From contig MU062935.1 in NCBI GenBank assembly GCA_013265495.1, positions 2,294,001 to 2,358,000 of the forward strand: 64,000 bases of DNA. Reading direction: 5' to 3'. The first letter of the stretch is position 1. Every line of letters begins with the position of its first letter. Both the position numbers and the translations under genes were made by a program. Origin of the DNA: Vicugna vicugna (Eukaryota). Below are positions 1 through 63,900 of the stretch, one piece after another. The notes beneath the pieces are model-generated. The model searched no databases. It was not told the origin of the DNA and was given only the letters and a program-made list of their open reading frames with translations.

Positions 1-49
1 GGATTTATTAAATGTTTATCTAATTTAGTTGAATTTGACCCAAGAATGT

Positions 50-157
50 AATTCATTCATTCATTCATTCATTCATTCATTCAGGCAGTACTGGGGATTG
101 AACCCAAGACCTCATGCATGCTAGGCATACCCTCTACCACTGAGCAATACCTTCCCC
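50..157 (-). mobile_element. Vic-1-type camelid tRNA-derived SINE with (GAAT)n tail
   Basis: Reverse complement gggaaggtattgctcagtggtagagggtatgcctagcatgcatgaggtcttgggttcaatccccagtac carries A and B boxes; (ATTC)n at 50-82. Confidence 0.75.
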
Positions 158-439
158 TCCTCACCTAAGGATTTAAGTGCAAGAGTTAAAATTAAGAAGC
201 ACTGAGTGGCCATGGCTTTCTTTTGGGGCCATTTTCTCTTAGTGATTAAAAATAAATAAATGCACATAATATTTTATCACCTGTGATCCTTATATGGTGA
301 GAACATTGCATATCATAGTTGCTGCATGAAATTTTGTTGGATAAGTGAGTGATTGGTTGTCTTGGGAGGCCACGGTGGCCCTGTTTGATGGTGACAAGTG
401 TGAGGACCAGCTCTGTTCTTAGCCGCTGCTCTTTTGCAG

Positions 440-52687
<52,248 letters not shown>

Positions 52688-54145
52688 AACAGTTCTCATC
52701 ACATCGTGGGAGGAGTTCTGGTGGTTGCTTTTGTTGCTTGTTTGTAACTCGTTTTATACAAAGTCCTTCAGCCTGTTTGTGGGTCTGAAACCCCCATCCC
52801 AAAAACATTGCCCTTTTTTTTTTTTTAAGTACCTTCAGAAAGAAGTCCTAGACTTGACTCTTTAGGGATATGTTGGGGACTCGGGAAATGCAAACTCCAA
52901 TAGGCCCAGCAAATGGGACCTCTTATGGCAAAGACCACCCCTTACAGACAGACTGAGAACACAGACAAGGCTGACATATTTAAGAAATGAAATTGGCTAG
53001 CCAGTTTACAAAACAAGTCTTGGGAGGACAGGCCAGGGAAAAGAAGAGACCTCGTTAGGCTGTCATTTAGAAAAGATGATGTCTTAAAATCATCTTCACC
53101 TCTTCCTGTGCCGTATCACATAAGCAAATGGTTTTAGGTGGACACCATTGTTTAAACACTACTCATTACCACCCTGACCCTGTCTCTCAAAGGGCAGGGT
53201 GTCTGCGGTGATGGACTGGCCCACATGGCTTCTTGGTGCCTCTCCCCTCATCCCGCTACTGTTTCCCTGCAAAGTCATTGCGTGTGACCGTCTTGGTGGC
53301 CATGTCTTTGTTTTTGTTTTTAAAGCCCGTTTCATTCGCTGGCTCTGAGGAAATTCTGCAGTGGCAAGCAGCCCCTCACTTGCCAAAGATCCCTTTATTT
53401 TTAACCAACCTCGTCCTTAACACACACTCCAGCCATCTGTCAGTCTGAGTCTTTACCAGCACGTCCACAGAGACCGCAGGTGGGTCCTTGTGTTAGCAGA
53501 GGCCTGTCACGTGACACAACACGCCATGCCCACCCCCAGTCAGCCTCAGCATAACTTTTCCTGGGAAATAATTAAAGAGGGAAGAAGGAAAGTCCTGCCG
53601 ACCTTTGGCTGAAAGTCAGGGAATGGTGGAAGGGGTGGGAAGAACATTAGCTCATTGGTGGTCCTTTACCACTTGCAGAAATAGTGAAAGCTACGTGGCT
53701 GACCATGACCGTGTATTTGGCCCTGACCATGTGTCACCTGAGGCTGTTTGGGAAGCAATACGCAGGTGCAAAATTCCAAAAATGGGGTATAAAGCATTTT
53801 GCAGACCTGCTTTGGAATAAAGTTAGTGTTCAGGGCTGCCTGACTGTGGTGTGGTCTGGGCAGGCAGGCCTTTCAGATTGACTGCTTAGCCCTGGGGAAG
53901 TGGCCGCTGTCATCGTGAGTGCCTCCATGGATGGGATAGGGTGAGGTGGGTGACCCTTCCTGAGGGGTAGCACGTGGGGGCAGGGGGCGAGTGTTGGCAG
54001 AGCCCACCTGTTGGAAACTGGAGCGGCCTGAAGCCTGATGTGAAAGGACCACAGGCCTCATAAACTGGGACGTGGAAGCGAAACTGGAACGAAACGCCAA
54101 CTGTAAATTGTATCTTATAACTTATTAAATACAATGTTTGCTCCG
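52688..54145 (+). other. FLNB: FLNB 3' UTR (about 1.45 kb; end approximate)
   Basis: Follows the stop codon and ends shortly after ATTAAA at 54124-54129, with a GT-rich stretch (gggtgttcttgg) downstream. Confidence 0.7.
54124..54129 (+). terminator. Probable main FLNB polyadenylation signal (ATTAAA)
   Basis: tgtatcttataacttATTAAAtacaatgtttgctcc followed by a GT/T-rich element. Alternative AATAAA hexamers lie at 53816-53821 and 54183-54188. Confidence 0.65.
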
Positions 54146-57100
54146 TGAGCTCCCTGGGTGTTCTTGGATGGTGCCCTTTCTGAATAAATGGTTTGAGTCT
54201 CTGACCAGCTCTCCCAAACCCTGGCCAAAAAGACGCAGGTTAAGCAACTTGCCTTGACAGGGAGCCTTGCTTCCTTTTATGGGGGGACGTCCTGCTTCTC
54301 CACGGGCCTCTGTGGGAGTTTATCCAGAAAGGAATGGCCTGAGAGTAGGGGGTGCAGATCCCAACACAACCTCCCAGAGAGGTTTGCTGGGGTTTGTCCT
54401 GGATAAGGGTCCCAAATATGAAACGCACCTAGGGGAAGGATGTGGTTTTAAAAAGGGAGAGAGAGAAAGCCTTTTTCTTGATGACCTGGGAAACCCTCAT
54501 TTTAGGGAATTCATTCAGGTAAGAAGCTGTGACACCTGTCATTCTACTGCCTTTGGACAGCAGGGTTTGGATTTCGTGGTGCCGCCCCCCCAACCCCACT
54601 CCTCTCCTCCCATCAGTTCCTCGCCATCTGCTTCTCCTTTTCGCTCAGAGAGCTGCTTGCCGCATCCTTAGGACACACCTAGCCCCTTGCCACCTCCTAC
54701 CCTCGACACTTACTCAGGTGCTGCAGTGACATTTGCAGTCCCAAAGCTCACTTGGGGCAGACCCTGGGTCCCCGCCTTTTGTCCCGAGTGGGAGCTTTAC
54801 CTCCCAAGTTATCCCACTGTGGGAGCAGGAGCATAGAAGCAAGGGGACCCAGGAGCTCCCCACCCCTAGGCAAGCCCCTGGCAGTCGCCATGGTGATAGG
54901 GAGTCCCTGTTGGCCCCCCAGCCCTGCACTGGAGGTGAGGGGTGAAGGGAAAGGCAGGGAAGGAAGACACTTCTAGGTCCTTTTGTCTATTTCTTCCTGA
55001 TACCCAGCTGTTGATCAGGATGCAGTTTGTGTATCTCTGAGAGGTGGGAAGAAGATGGGAGGGAAGGAGGTTTCTGTGGGCCTGTGCTGTGAATGACTTT
55101 CTGGACCACAGGAGGTCCATGGGCTCTGGGGAGTGCAGGCTCTGTCCAGTGGATGGTCTGGAGAGGCCACAGAGGCTGTGTTTGCCCACAGAGGAGCACA
55201 GGGGCCCAGCCATTGGTTTCTATACCTTGTTGAAGCCTGGCTGGTTTCTAGGGAGGCAGCATCTGTAAATTAACAGCTGGACTTGGGCATCAGGTATGCT
55301 AGGGCTTAAGCTGGCTTAGCCTCTCACTGGCTGGTCTCCAGAAGGTTGCTTTGCCTCTCAGAGCGTGTGGCGGTGAGCCTGAGGATCAGATGAAATCCCG
55401 CTGGGAGCTGTCAGCGTCTTGGCCGCTGCTGTCTCTGCCAGAGGTGACATGCCTCCTAGACAGGCTGCTTGGTAGTACCTGAGGCTGCACCTCGGAGTTC
55501 CCTGCTGCTTATGTCAAAGACATCGCAGGGTGAAATCTGTGAATCTCTCTGCTGGTCAGTGGCTGGAACCACAGGGCAACTCTTACTTGTTCCTATGGGA
55601 ACTGACTATTGTTTGTTGCAAACACCTTGAAAACTTTTAAACTTGACCCTGGACAGGCCAGGTGCCAAGTCCTTTCTGACTTTCACTGGTTGACTTTGCC
55701 CCTTTCCAACCAAGAGCTGGCTGGACCATCACCCTTTGGTGGCCAATGGAGATTAGGCAGACAGCAGCTGCCCTGCAGAGATCTCCAACCCAGAGGAGGC
55801 CTGCCCCCTTCCAGCCTCTTCCTGGTTGAATTTCTCTCTGCACCCAGGGAAGCACTCATCAGCAATGCTGCCAAGAAGGAAACATTTTATTAACATGTCT
55901 CTTTGTTTCCAGTGCACTTATAAACACGTGGGCCCTTGACCACATGTCTAGTCTTAAGACTTCAAAGGGTCCTTGAAAGCTACATTTTAATGAGTTTGAT
56001 GTAAAATGAGTCTGGCGCATAGGGATTTAATTTTCATTTAAAATTGCACAGACTTAAAATTAGCAGAATTAAAGGTTAATGGCAAAATGAATGCTCAACT
56101 TTTGTCAACCCCTCAAATTTGTATTTTAAATAGGGAGCAAAATCGTTAATTTGAGTGCCCTTTGGCCTTAGTGTTTGCCAAAGGAATGGAATCTTTCCAA
56201 GTCTCCATCAACTTGTGGGGTGGAAGGAGCTTTTATAATCAGAGTATTTCACTAATGAAAACTCTTTTTTCCCAGAAACACATCTTGTTTAGCTAATTTC
56301 CTTTTTCTCTTCACAATAGCAAATCATAACTCCAAGAGGGAATGAAAATGTCACATCGCTCAAGGCAAGCCTAAACCCAATTTTTCCCCCCTCTGGCTTT
56401 GTCCTCAGGATGCTGCCCAAACACATGGTGGGAGGAATCCTTCTAAACAAAGGGATCCTTTTTGCTTTGTGATAAGGCTTTTGTCTGGGCCCCTGAGCCT
56501 ACAGGGGACCAGCTCATGTGCAAGGAATTTAGGGTGGCCCACCCCACACCCCTTCTCTCTTCCTCAAGAGTTCTCCAAAGCAGGCAGGCAGGAGATGGGG
56601 GATTTACGAGCCTGATGTTTGGCTCGCCTCCAAGGGCGTTTTCGTATTTGGGGTGTGCTTATCTCCCCAGGACAAAGCTCGGGGATGAAAGAACCTGCAA
56701 AGCCTTTTATTGCCCATGTTACTCCCTCTGCCCTGACCACCGCCCTCCCTGGCACCAGGATGCCTCTCCCTGTCGGCATGGGCATTCTCAGGGCAAAGCT
56801 GAAGCTGAACACTGCTGGGATGATCTCAGAGGAGAGTGATGTCTTGGCAGAGGCACCAAGCCCTAGAAATGCCAGCTTCAGGCCCAGTTGGTACAGGACA
56901 ACAACCTTAATGTGTGAGAAATGCTTAGAAAGCAGCAGGTCAGATGCTGCAGGTTCAAGTCTGGATTCCAATCCCAGCTCTGCTACTCCCCAGCTCAAAC
57001 ACTTCAGGCTTCTCTGTGCCTCAGTGCCTTTATCCATAAAATAGGAAGATCATAGGAAACATCCATCCCAAGAGTAACCTCTAGAATGGTCCCACAACCC

Positions 57101-57254
57101 ATCCATCCCTTGATTGGCCTCGGCAGGCCCTCCTGACCCAGAGCTGCTGGGAGAGGGGCTGCCTGAAAATTGGCAAGATTCAGCAACCCAAGGCACAGTG
57201 GAAGGGGTGCCTCAGTGAGGGAAAGGGTGGTTTGTGGGGAAGACATTTAGCGAA

Positions 57255-57480
57255 GTGGTTATTAGCACAGGCTAGTAAGTTCAAATCCTGGTCCTTTCTT
57301 GACCTCAGGCAGATCGCTTACCCTCACTAAAAACAATGCCTCCATTTTTTTTCTCCCATGAAACAGGGTAATGGGATCTACCCCATAGAGTGTTGTGGAG
57401 TTAACTGACAAAAATGCACGTAAAGAATATCACTGTATCCACTCCGTGGTAAGGTTCACAAAATTACTATTAGTCATGCA
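57255..57480 (+). mobile_element. MIR SINE
   Basis: gttcaaatcctggtcc...gacctcaggcagatcgcttaccctc. Confidence 0.7.
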
Positions 57481-59174
57481 AGGAGCCTAAAATGATTCTT
57501 TGGCTCTGAGAGCTTAAATCCAGAGGGGCTACTTTAAAGACAGATAAGCACTAAGTCTTAGGAGAGGCCCTTATGGACAGAGCCCAAGGCTGGAGATTAA
57601 GGTTGGACCGCATCCTTGGGAGTGGGTAGGGTGGGTCCTGGTAGCCTGGGGCATGGCGGGAAAGGTGGGAGGGGAGCCAGGTGAGTCAGATGCACCTGTG
57701 TCCCTGCTCACACCCCCCCCCCAGCCTCCCCTGGCTTTTAAGAAGCAGTTGACCCCTTTTCCCTTAGCACAGGCCTGCCGCCTGCCCCACACCTTCCCAG
57801 AGGTTATTGGTGGCTTTTAAATGAGTTTTTAATTCTAGAGTAAGAAAAATTGCAAATAACAATGCCAGGCACTGACTCAGGATTATCCCCAGTTTTTCAC
57901 AGAGTTTGCCAGGGCTCAGAGTGAGTGAGTGATGATCAAGATCATGTTAAAACCCAGAAAGTCTGAATTAAAAAACCTGGGGCCTTGAACAGGGTCAGAA
58001 GGCTGTGTGCAGCTCACAGGGGCCTGGCACAGGATGTTTCCCACAAACACAGAAACTGAATCTGAAGGCGGTTCTCCTTGTGGGCTATTGGCTGTTCTGG
58101 GACCCACTGGAAGGCAGCACTTTGAGGGCACTTCCCTGCACCCTCCCACTCCCCTCCCCTTCTGGCGGAGCCTGTCCACTTGCAGGTCCGGTTGTCCGCC
58201 AGAGGTCGCCTTGGACACAGGAACTGCAGGGCACCGAGGGCAGCCCAGTGGTCTGTCAGGAACACAAGGGGTCTCCGAAGCCCTGAGGAAGGGGACACCC
58301 ACTTGTTCCCTCTCCTGCTCCAGACACCTGGACTTACCAGTCTGGGGGAGGGGACAGTCTCGACCCAGGAGCTTTCTTGAGTTCTGGCATCAAACCCTGC
58401 TCCATGACCATTTGACCCCAGGGTCCAGCCCCCTAACTTTTCTTCCTCCATCCTTCCCTCACCCCACCCCTTAGCAACAGAGCCAGTGTGTAGTGTTCAT
58501 GGTTCAGTCAAAATCAAAAGACACTTCCTCCAGGAAGACTTCCTGGACCATTCTCCTAATTCCTTGCCTGCCCCTCTGTCCAGTTTTCTGAACTGAGAAA
58601 CCTTCAGGGCAGGAAGCCTATACCCTTAGTGCCTGGCACAGGGTCAACAGCAAGTGAATGTTGAATGAATAAAGGAGAGCACACCCAGCAGAGGGTGTGA
58701 AGATCCAGGAGGCTGACTATTGGTGCTGCTGAGGTGACCGGTGGGTCCTCCTCTGCCTCACCCTGCCTGTGCCTTTCTCATGATGCTTGTCAACATTCTG
58801 TCAGAGTTTTTTGTCTGAAACACAGATGCGGGGTTTGGGGTCAGTCCCGTGCAACCATCTAATATTGCTGAGCTTCAGTTTTCTCATCTGAAAAACTGAC
58901 ATAAGACAGAGTCTATTAGTAAGCCACTGGGAGGACTGAGTGAGGTCACTCGGTACAGCCCCCAGCCCAGGGCCTGGCACAGAGTAGGCACCACCACACA
59001 CAGTAGTGTGCCCTGGGGCAGGCACAGCACTTCTCCCACCCCCACTTCCCCACCTGGAAAGGAGGTGGTGAGAGCCCCAGTGACGGAGGAGGGATGCTTA
59101 AGGCATACGGAGCACAGCTTGGCAGCTGGTACCTGGCAGGTGCTTTTTAATCGTCAGCTGACATTTTGGATAGC

Positions 59175-59370
59175 TTCCTCTGAGCCAGGCACTGTCCCCA
59201 GTGGTTATACACTGTCCTGTCATTCTCGACATTGGGGTAGTTCCCATGATTATCTCACTGTACAGATGAGGCCATGCAGTGGCAGAGTGTGTCTGAGGAA
59301 CTCGGCCCCAGCCAAGTGTCCAGAGCTTGCTAGGGGTTGAGACTGGGCCTCTCTTTGGACCCCCTTGGGT
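59175..59370 (-). mobile_element. MIR SINE
   Basis: ctcactgtacagatgaggccatgcagtggcagag...gccaagtgtccagagc. Confidence 0.6.
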
Positions 59371-59633
59371 GTCTGGCACTTAGTAGGTGTACACTGGGGT
59401 TTGCTGAATGGAATAGAGACTGTGGAACCCCACGTGCCACCTGGTACCCTCTGGGTATAGTGGGGGAGGCCTGGGCCCTCTAGGGCAGAAAATAGCCCTC
59501 TGCCAGTCACCCTGGGTAGTGTCGCCTTTGCTCCCTTTTCTGGCCTGGTCTGTCACACTGCCTGTAGGTGGCCCCCAGTCCCTTGAGCAGCCCAGCCCCT
59601 CCTCTCCTGTAGGGCCTTGGCAATACAGACCTC

Positions 59634-59658
59634 ATTGGCTGCACGTATCCTTGGAAAC
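59634..59658 (+). promoter_or_regulatory. CCAAT box (reverse) plus RFX X-box-like site upstream of the SPMIP1-like ORF
   Basis: ATTGG at 59634-59638; GTATCCTTGGAAAC at 59645-59658 resembles the palindromic GTTGCCATGGNAAC; about 70 nt upstream of the ATG. Confidence 0.5.
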
Positions 59659-59728
59659 AAGGCACCAGCAGTGCAAACACAGGCTGCAGAATGTTTCCTC
59701 CCTCCCCCACCCTCTCTCCCCCACCGCC

Positions 59729-60233
59729 ATGAGGCATCTGTTCACCTCCCAGAACCAAGCCTGCTGGCAGGAACACATACAGAAGGAGGTCGCCGCCAGG
59801 GTTGCCTGGAACATCAACTATGGCCACAAGCTCCCAAAGGAGGGGCCCATGCCCAGGAAGCGGCTCCAGAGGGCCCCCTTCAGGTCAGCCTTGGGAGTGG
59901 GGCCATCACCAGCCACTAGCTCCCCTGACAGCAAGCTGGAGACCAGGGAGGTCCAGGATCGGCTGTCCAGGGGAGTGGGTGTCCAGGGCCCTCGGCCCAA
60001 GGGAGACCGAGTTTGGGAGGCCCAAAGAGCAACTCGAGGGTCAACAGGCCAGACCAAGCCAGAGGGCTTAGCAATGAGGCAGGTCCCCCCGAGCACCCTG
60101 CAGCTGCTCTTCCAAGGCATCTCCCACGATGGCCAAGGCCGGGCCTTATACCTCCAGGAGCGGCATCAGCAGAAGCCAGAGGAGAAGTTTCTGTACGCGA
60201 TCCTGTCATCCTGGGAGTACGGCTGCCATGTGG
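59729..60233 (+). CDS. SPMIP1/ATP6V1FNB-like microtubule inner protein, coding exon 1
   Basis: Kozak ccaccgccATGa, open for 168 codons + 1 nt, donor GTGG|gtaagg. Motifs QACWQEHIQKEVAARVAWNINYG and MRQVPPSTLQLLFQGISHDGQGRALYLQERHQQKPEEKFLYAILSSWEYGCHVG match recalled human SPMIP1. Confidence 0.85.
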
Positions 60234-61029
60234 GTAAGGGCCACCACCCTCTTGCCATTCCAGGGTTTCTCAGGCAGGCCCAGCCTCATCCCTTATCCAC
60301 TCACTCACCAGCACATCCCTCTGGCTCACTGTTTTCTGAGCAGGACTTCCAGGCCTTTGCATATTCTGGTTTCTCCACCTAGAATGCTCCTCCTGCCCCT
60401 CCCTCTGCTAACTTTCATGTCACCTCCTCTGGGAAGTCTTCCAAGAGTCCTCCAGGCAGATTAGTTGAGCCCATCTTTCTGTTTCTGCAACAAGCACTGG
60501 TCCCATTGCGTCACCATTTCTTGAGTATCCATCTGGCCTGGTGAGCCCTTGGGGTTCCTTAGGACTTCTTAGTTAACTGTATTTATAACCTCCAAGCTCC
60601 CAGCTTAGGGCTGGCACTCGACGACTGTGGAATAAATGAATATGAACTAGGGAGTGAGGCCTTGATTTGGAGTCAGAAAGTGTGATTTCAAATCCTGTCC
60701 CCACCACTTCCAAGTGGTGTGAGCTCGAACAAGAACCTTATCTTCTCCAGGCCTGTTTCCTCATTTGAAAAATGGGAATAAATTAGTCCCTCCATTTGTA
60801 TGTCAGAGTTTTTGAGGAAAAAGCACTCTGAACAGGACTATCCTCACAAAGCCCCATGAGGTGGGTAGGACACACATTCATTCATTCAACCTGTTGTCCT
60901 GTCATTCAGAACAGCCAGCTGAGGGAGATCTGGAATCACTGAATCCCAGCTCTGCCCCAAAGTGATTTAGTGAATGAACAGGCACAGAGAGTGACTCAGT
61001 TTGAAATTATGAGGCTGGGTTTGAATTCT

Positions 61030-61175
61030 GGTTCATTCATTCATTTAATGAGTGTTTATTGAGCACGTGATGTGTGTCAGGCTCTTTTTGTTCCGAGATG
61101 GACAACAGGAAACAAGACAGACATGGCTCCTCAGAGTGGGCTGACAACACACACGGATATATGATACAGTGTCAG
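61030..61175 (-). mobile_element. L2 3' end
   Basis: ttcattcattcatttaatgagtgtttattgagcac...agacagacatggctcc. Confidence 0.7.
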
Positions 61176-61189
61176 GCAGTGGTCTGTGC

Positions 61190-61360
61190 TACCCAGCTGC
61201 ACTTTTCAAATCTTCACTGTCACAGGAGCCACCTGGTGATCTTGTTAAACTGTAGGTTCTGATCCAGCAGTGGGGTTAGGGATGGGGCGAGATTCTGCAC
61301 TTCTAACAAGTTCCCTGATGACACTGCTGCTGCTAGCCCATGGGCCACACTTGACGGTCA
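61190..61360 (+). mobile_element. MER5A-like MITE
   Basis: gatcttgttaaactgtaggttctgatccagcagtgggg...ttctgcacttctaacaagttccc. Confidence 0.8.
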
Positions 61361-61759
61361 AAGCTATAGAAAGACATTAGGAGGAAGTGGAGACTAGGGG
61401 GCTGCTATGGGGAGGCCTGCTGGGGAGCTGATTCTGGATGCCCCCTGGGTACTAGGGCAGTCTGGGTTCGGGGCCCAGACAGGGAGACTGTTTTCTTCCA
61501 TAGTGGTTCTGCTGAGCCCTCAGTTGCTCCCAGAAGCTCTGGAACATTCTGTAACCCTCTGGCCTCATGCCCCTAAACCAGCCAGTTCAGAGGCCAGATG
61601 GGGAACACATGACAGACCTGCTGACCACTTGTCCCCCTTCCCCAACAGTTTCAGACAGGAGCTGCGTCATCCCAGTGGGTGCAAACAGCCATGGGAAGAG
61701 GGATTGAAGGCACTGTCTGGGCCCCAGCTGGGTCAGCTCCAGATGCCTTTTATACATAG

Positions 61760-61891
61760 NNNNNNNNNNNNNNNNNNNNNNNNNNNNNNNNNNNNNNNNN
61801 NNNNNNNNNNNNNNNNNNNNNNNNNNNNNNNNNNNNNNNNNNNNNNNNNNNNNNNNNNNNNNNNNNNNNNNNNNNNNNNNNNNNNNNNNNN
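61760..61891. other. Assembly gap (132 N) in the intron of the SPMIP1-like gene
   Basis: Run of N. Confidence 0.99.
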
Positions 61892-62322
61892 AGTTCAGCC
61901 CTGGACAGGACCCTGGTGGTGCTGACTGTGGAGCACTGGGATGGGCGGGGTGTCACTAGACAAAGGGAGAAATGTGATGAGCGGTGGGCTTGGGGTAAGA
62001 AAGAGGTCAAAGTAGTTAACAATTAGAATGACCTGAGTGCCACCCATCCAGGCAGATCCTGGTCATGGAGCCAAAGCAGGGTGTCGAGGTTCCCAGATGT
62101 ACCCTTTAACTATTGGATCCTAGGAAGGAAGGGGAGGCCTGAGGTAGGGGTCAAGGCATCCAAGGGGCAGCGCTGTTCCTAACTGCATAGAAACATCACT
62201 GTTTGAACAACTGGGGCAGCTGTGGCAGTGATTGCCTGTTTGACCCTCAGCCCTTTGGGTTGGGGTCAGGATGGCAGGAGGAGGGGTGGCCCCAGCTCAC
62301 CTGGGCCCTTGTTGTGTTCCAG

Positions 62323-62441
62323 GCGACACCATGAAGGACACCAGGGCTCCAACTCACGCCCGGTCCCAACCCATCACAAAGACCTTTTACATCAAAAGTA
62401 GTGTCTTCAACTTTCCAGGGCGAACAGACCAGCTAATGTGA
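62323..62441 (+). CDS. SPMIP1/ATP6V1FNB-like protein, coding exon 2 to stop
   Basis: cttgttgtgttccag|GC GAC ACC... completes the phase-1 Gly codon: GDTMKDTRAPTHARSQPITKTFYIKSSVFNFPGRTDQLM*. Total 207 aa. Confidence 0.78.
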
Positions 62442-62934
62442 ACCCATTGGGGGTTTGGAAGCTGCTGCTTCCTTCTCCCAGGGCCCATCTGGACCCTGCA
62501 GAGCAGAGACATTGCCAACCCCACCCACCTATCCTCCCTCTCTCCATCCCTGCCTCCTCTGCCAGGAAAAAATGGGCACGAGTGCTACTGTGGGTGGGGT
62601 GCACCTCTGGGACTTGGGGGGCCCACCTGTTGCCTCTTGTCTGCCCTCACGGGGCTCAGCCCCTTGCAGGGCTCCCCACCCACACCATCACCAGCAGTGC
62701 TGCTCTCCTGAGGGAAACCATGGAACCTCCAAGTGCTCTAGCTGCAGGCTGGGAGCAGAGGAGGGGCTCATTAAGTCCGTCAGGTGCTCAGGGGACAGGG
62801 GTCCTCTCCCTGTCCTTACTCTCTACACTCTGTTGAAGGACTTACAGCAGAACTACTTGGTCCCAGTATCCCACAGTTCAGGACAGAAGTTGTTCCATGT
62901 TTTCTTTCCGTTTCTCTCATCCCCAAGAACATGC

Positions 62935-63310
62935 ATGGGTCAGTGTTGCCTCACTGCTATAACAAACAGCCCTGAAATTCCAGTTGCTTAAACTTATTTA
63001 AAAAATAAAGATGTATCTCTTACAGCACAGTGCAATCTGATGTCGGGTGGGCCACCTGCTGCAGGCTGGTCTTGGGATCCAGGCTTCTCCCATCTGGTGG
63101 CTCTACCATCTCCTAGGGCCTCAGAGTTGTTCCCTGAATCTTCTACCCACAACTGGGGGATGAGGGAGGAGACAGAGCCTGGAGAGAACATGCCCACCTT
63201 GACCACCTTGGCCAGGATTTGGCAAATGTCACTTCCTGTCACATTCTGCTGGTGAGAACGAGTCACATGACTTGTAGATGTGAGAAGTCTGGGAGTGCTG
63301 TGTGACCGGG
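62935..63310. mobile_element. MLT1 (MaLR) LTR
   Basis: tgctataacaaacagccctgaaattccagttgcttaa...ccatctggtggctct...tcacattctgctggtgagaac. Confidence 0.7.
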
Positions 63311-63434
63311 TGGCCAGGAAGAAGAGGAGAAAAGATCCTCAAACATTTAGCCCATCTCTGCTGTGGAGCCCGATGTGTCCTGTGGCTGCTCTTGGGTGGA
63401 TTTGAGCTCAGCCACCACCCTAAACTCACAAGTC

Positions 63435-63900
63435 CCTTCCTGTATGAGTTTAGGAATGCCATAACAAAGGACCACAAACTGGGTGACTTAAAACAACAGT
63501 AATTTGTCTCACAGTTCTGAAAATTAGAAGTCTAAAAATCATGCTTCCTCTGAAATCTGCAGGGGAAACTTCCTGGCTTCTTCCTGGTTCCTGAGGGTTT
63601 GCTGGCAATCCTCAGCCTCCACTGATTTGCAGCTGCAAAACTCAGTCTCTGCCTGGGTCATCACATGGTGTTCTCCCTGTGTCTCTGTCTTCAGATTNNN
63701 NNNNNNNNNNNNNNNNNNNNNNNNNNNNNNNNNNNNNNNNNNNNNNNNNNNNNNNNNNNNNNNNNNNNNNNNNNNNNNNNNNNNNNNNNNNNNNNNNNNN
63801 NNNNNNNNNNNNNNNNNNNNNNNNNNNNNNNNNNNNNNNNNNNNNNTTTTTTGATGGGACACATCCAATGCATAACACCTGCCTTCTGATAGCTAAACTT
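63435..63900. mobile_element. MLT1/MST (MaLR) LTR interrupted by an assembly gap (63698-63846)
   Basis: gtatgagtttaggaatgccataacaaaggaccacaaactgggtgacttaaaacaacag...ctcacagttctg. Confidence 0.8.

Noticed and set aside
59519-60382. 287-aa ORF as a single-exon gene
   Set aside because: The N-terminal 70 codons precede the Kozak ATG and overlap the putative promoter, and the C-terminal tail is intron read-through past the GT donor at 60234. The spliced 207-aa model fits family homology better.
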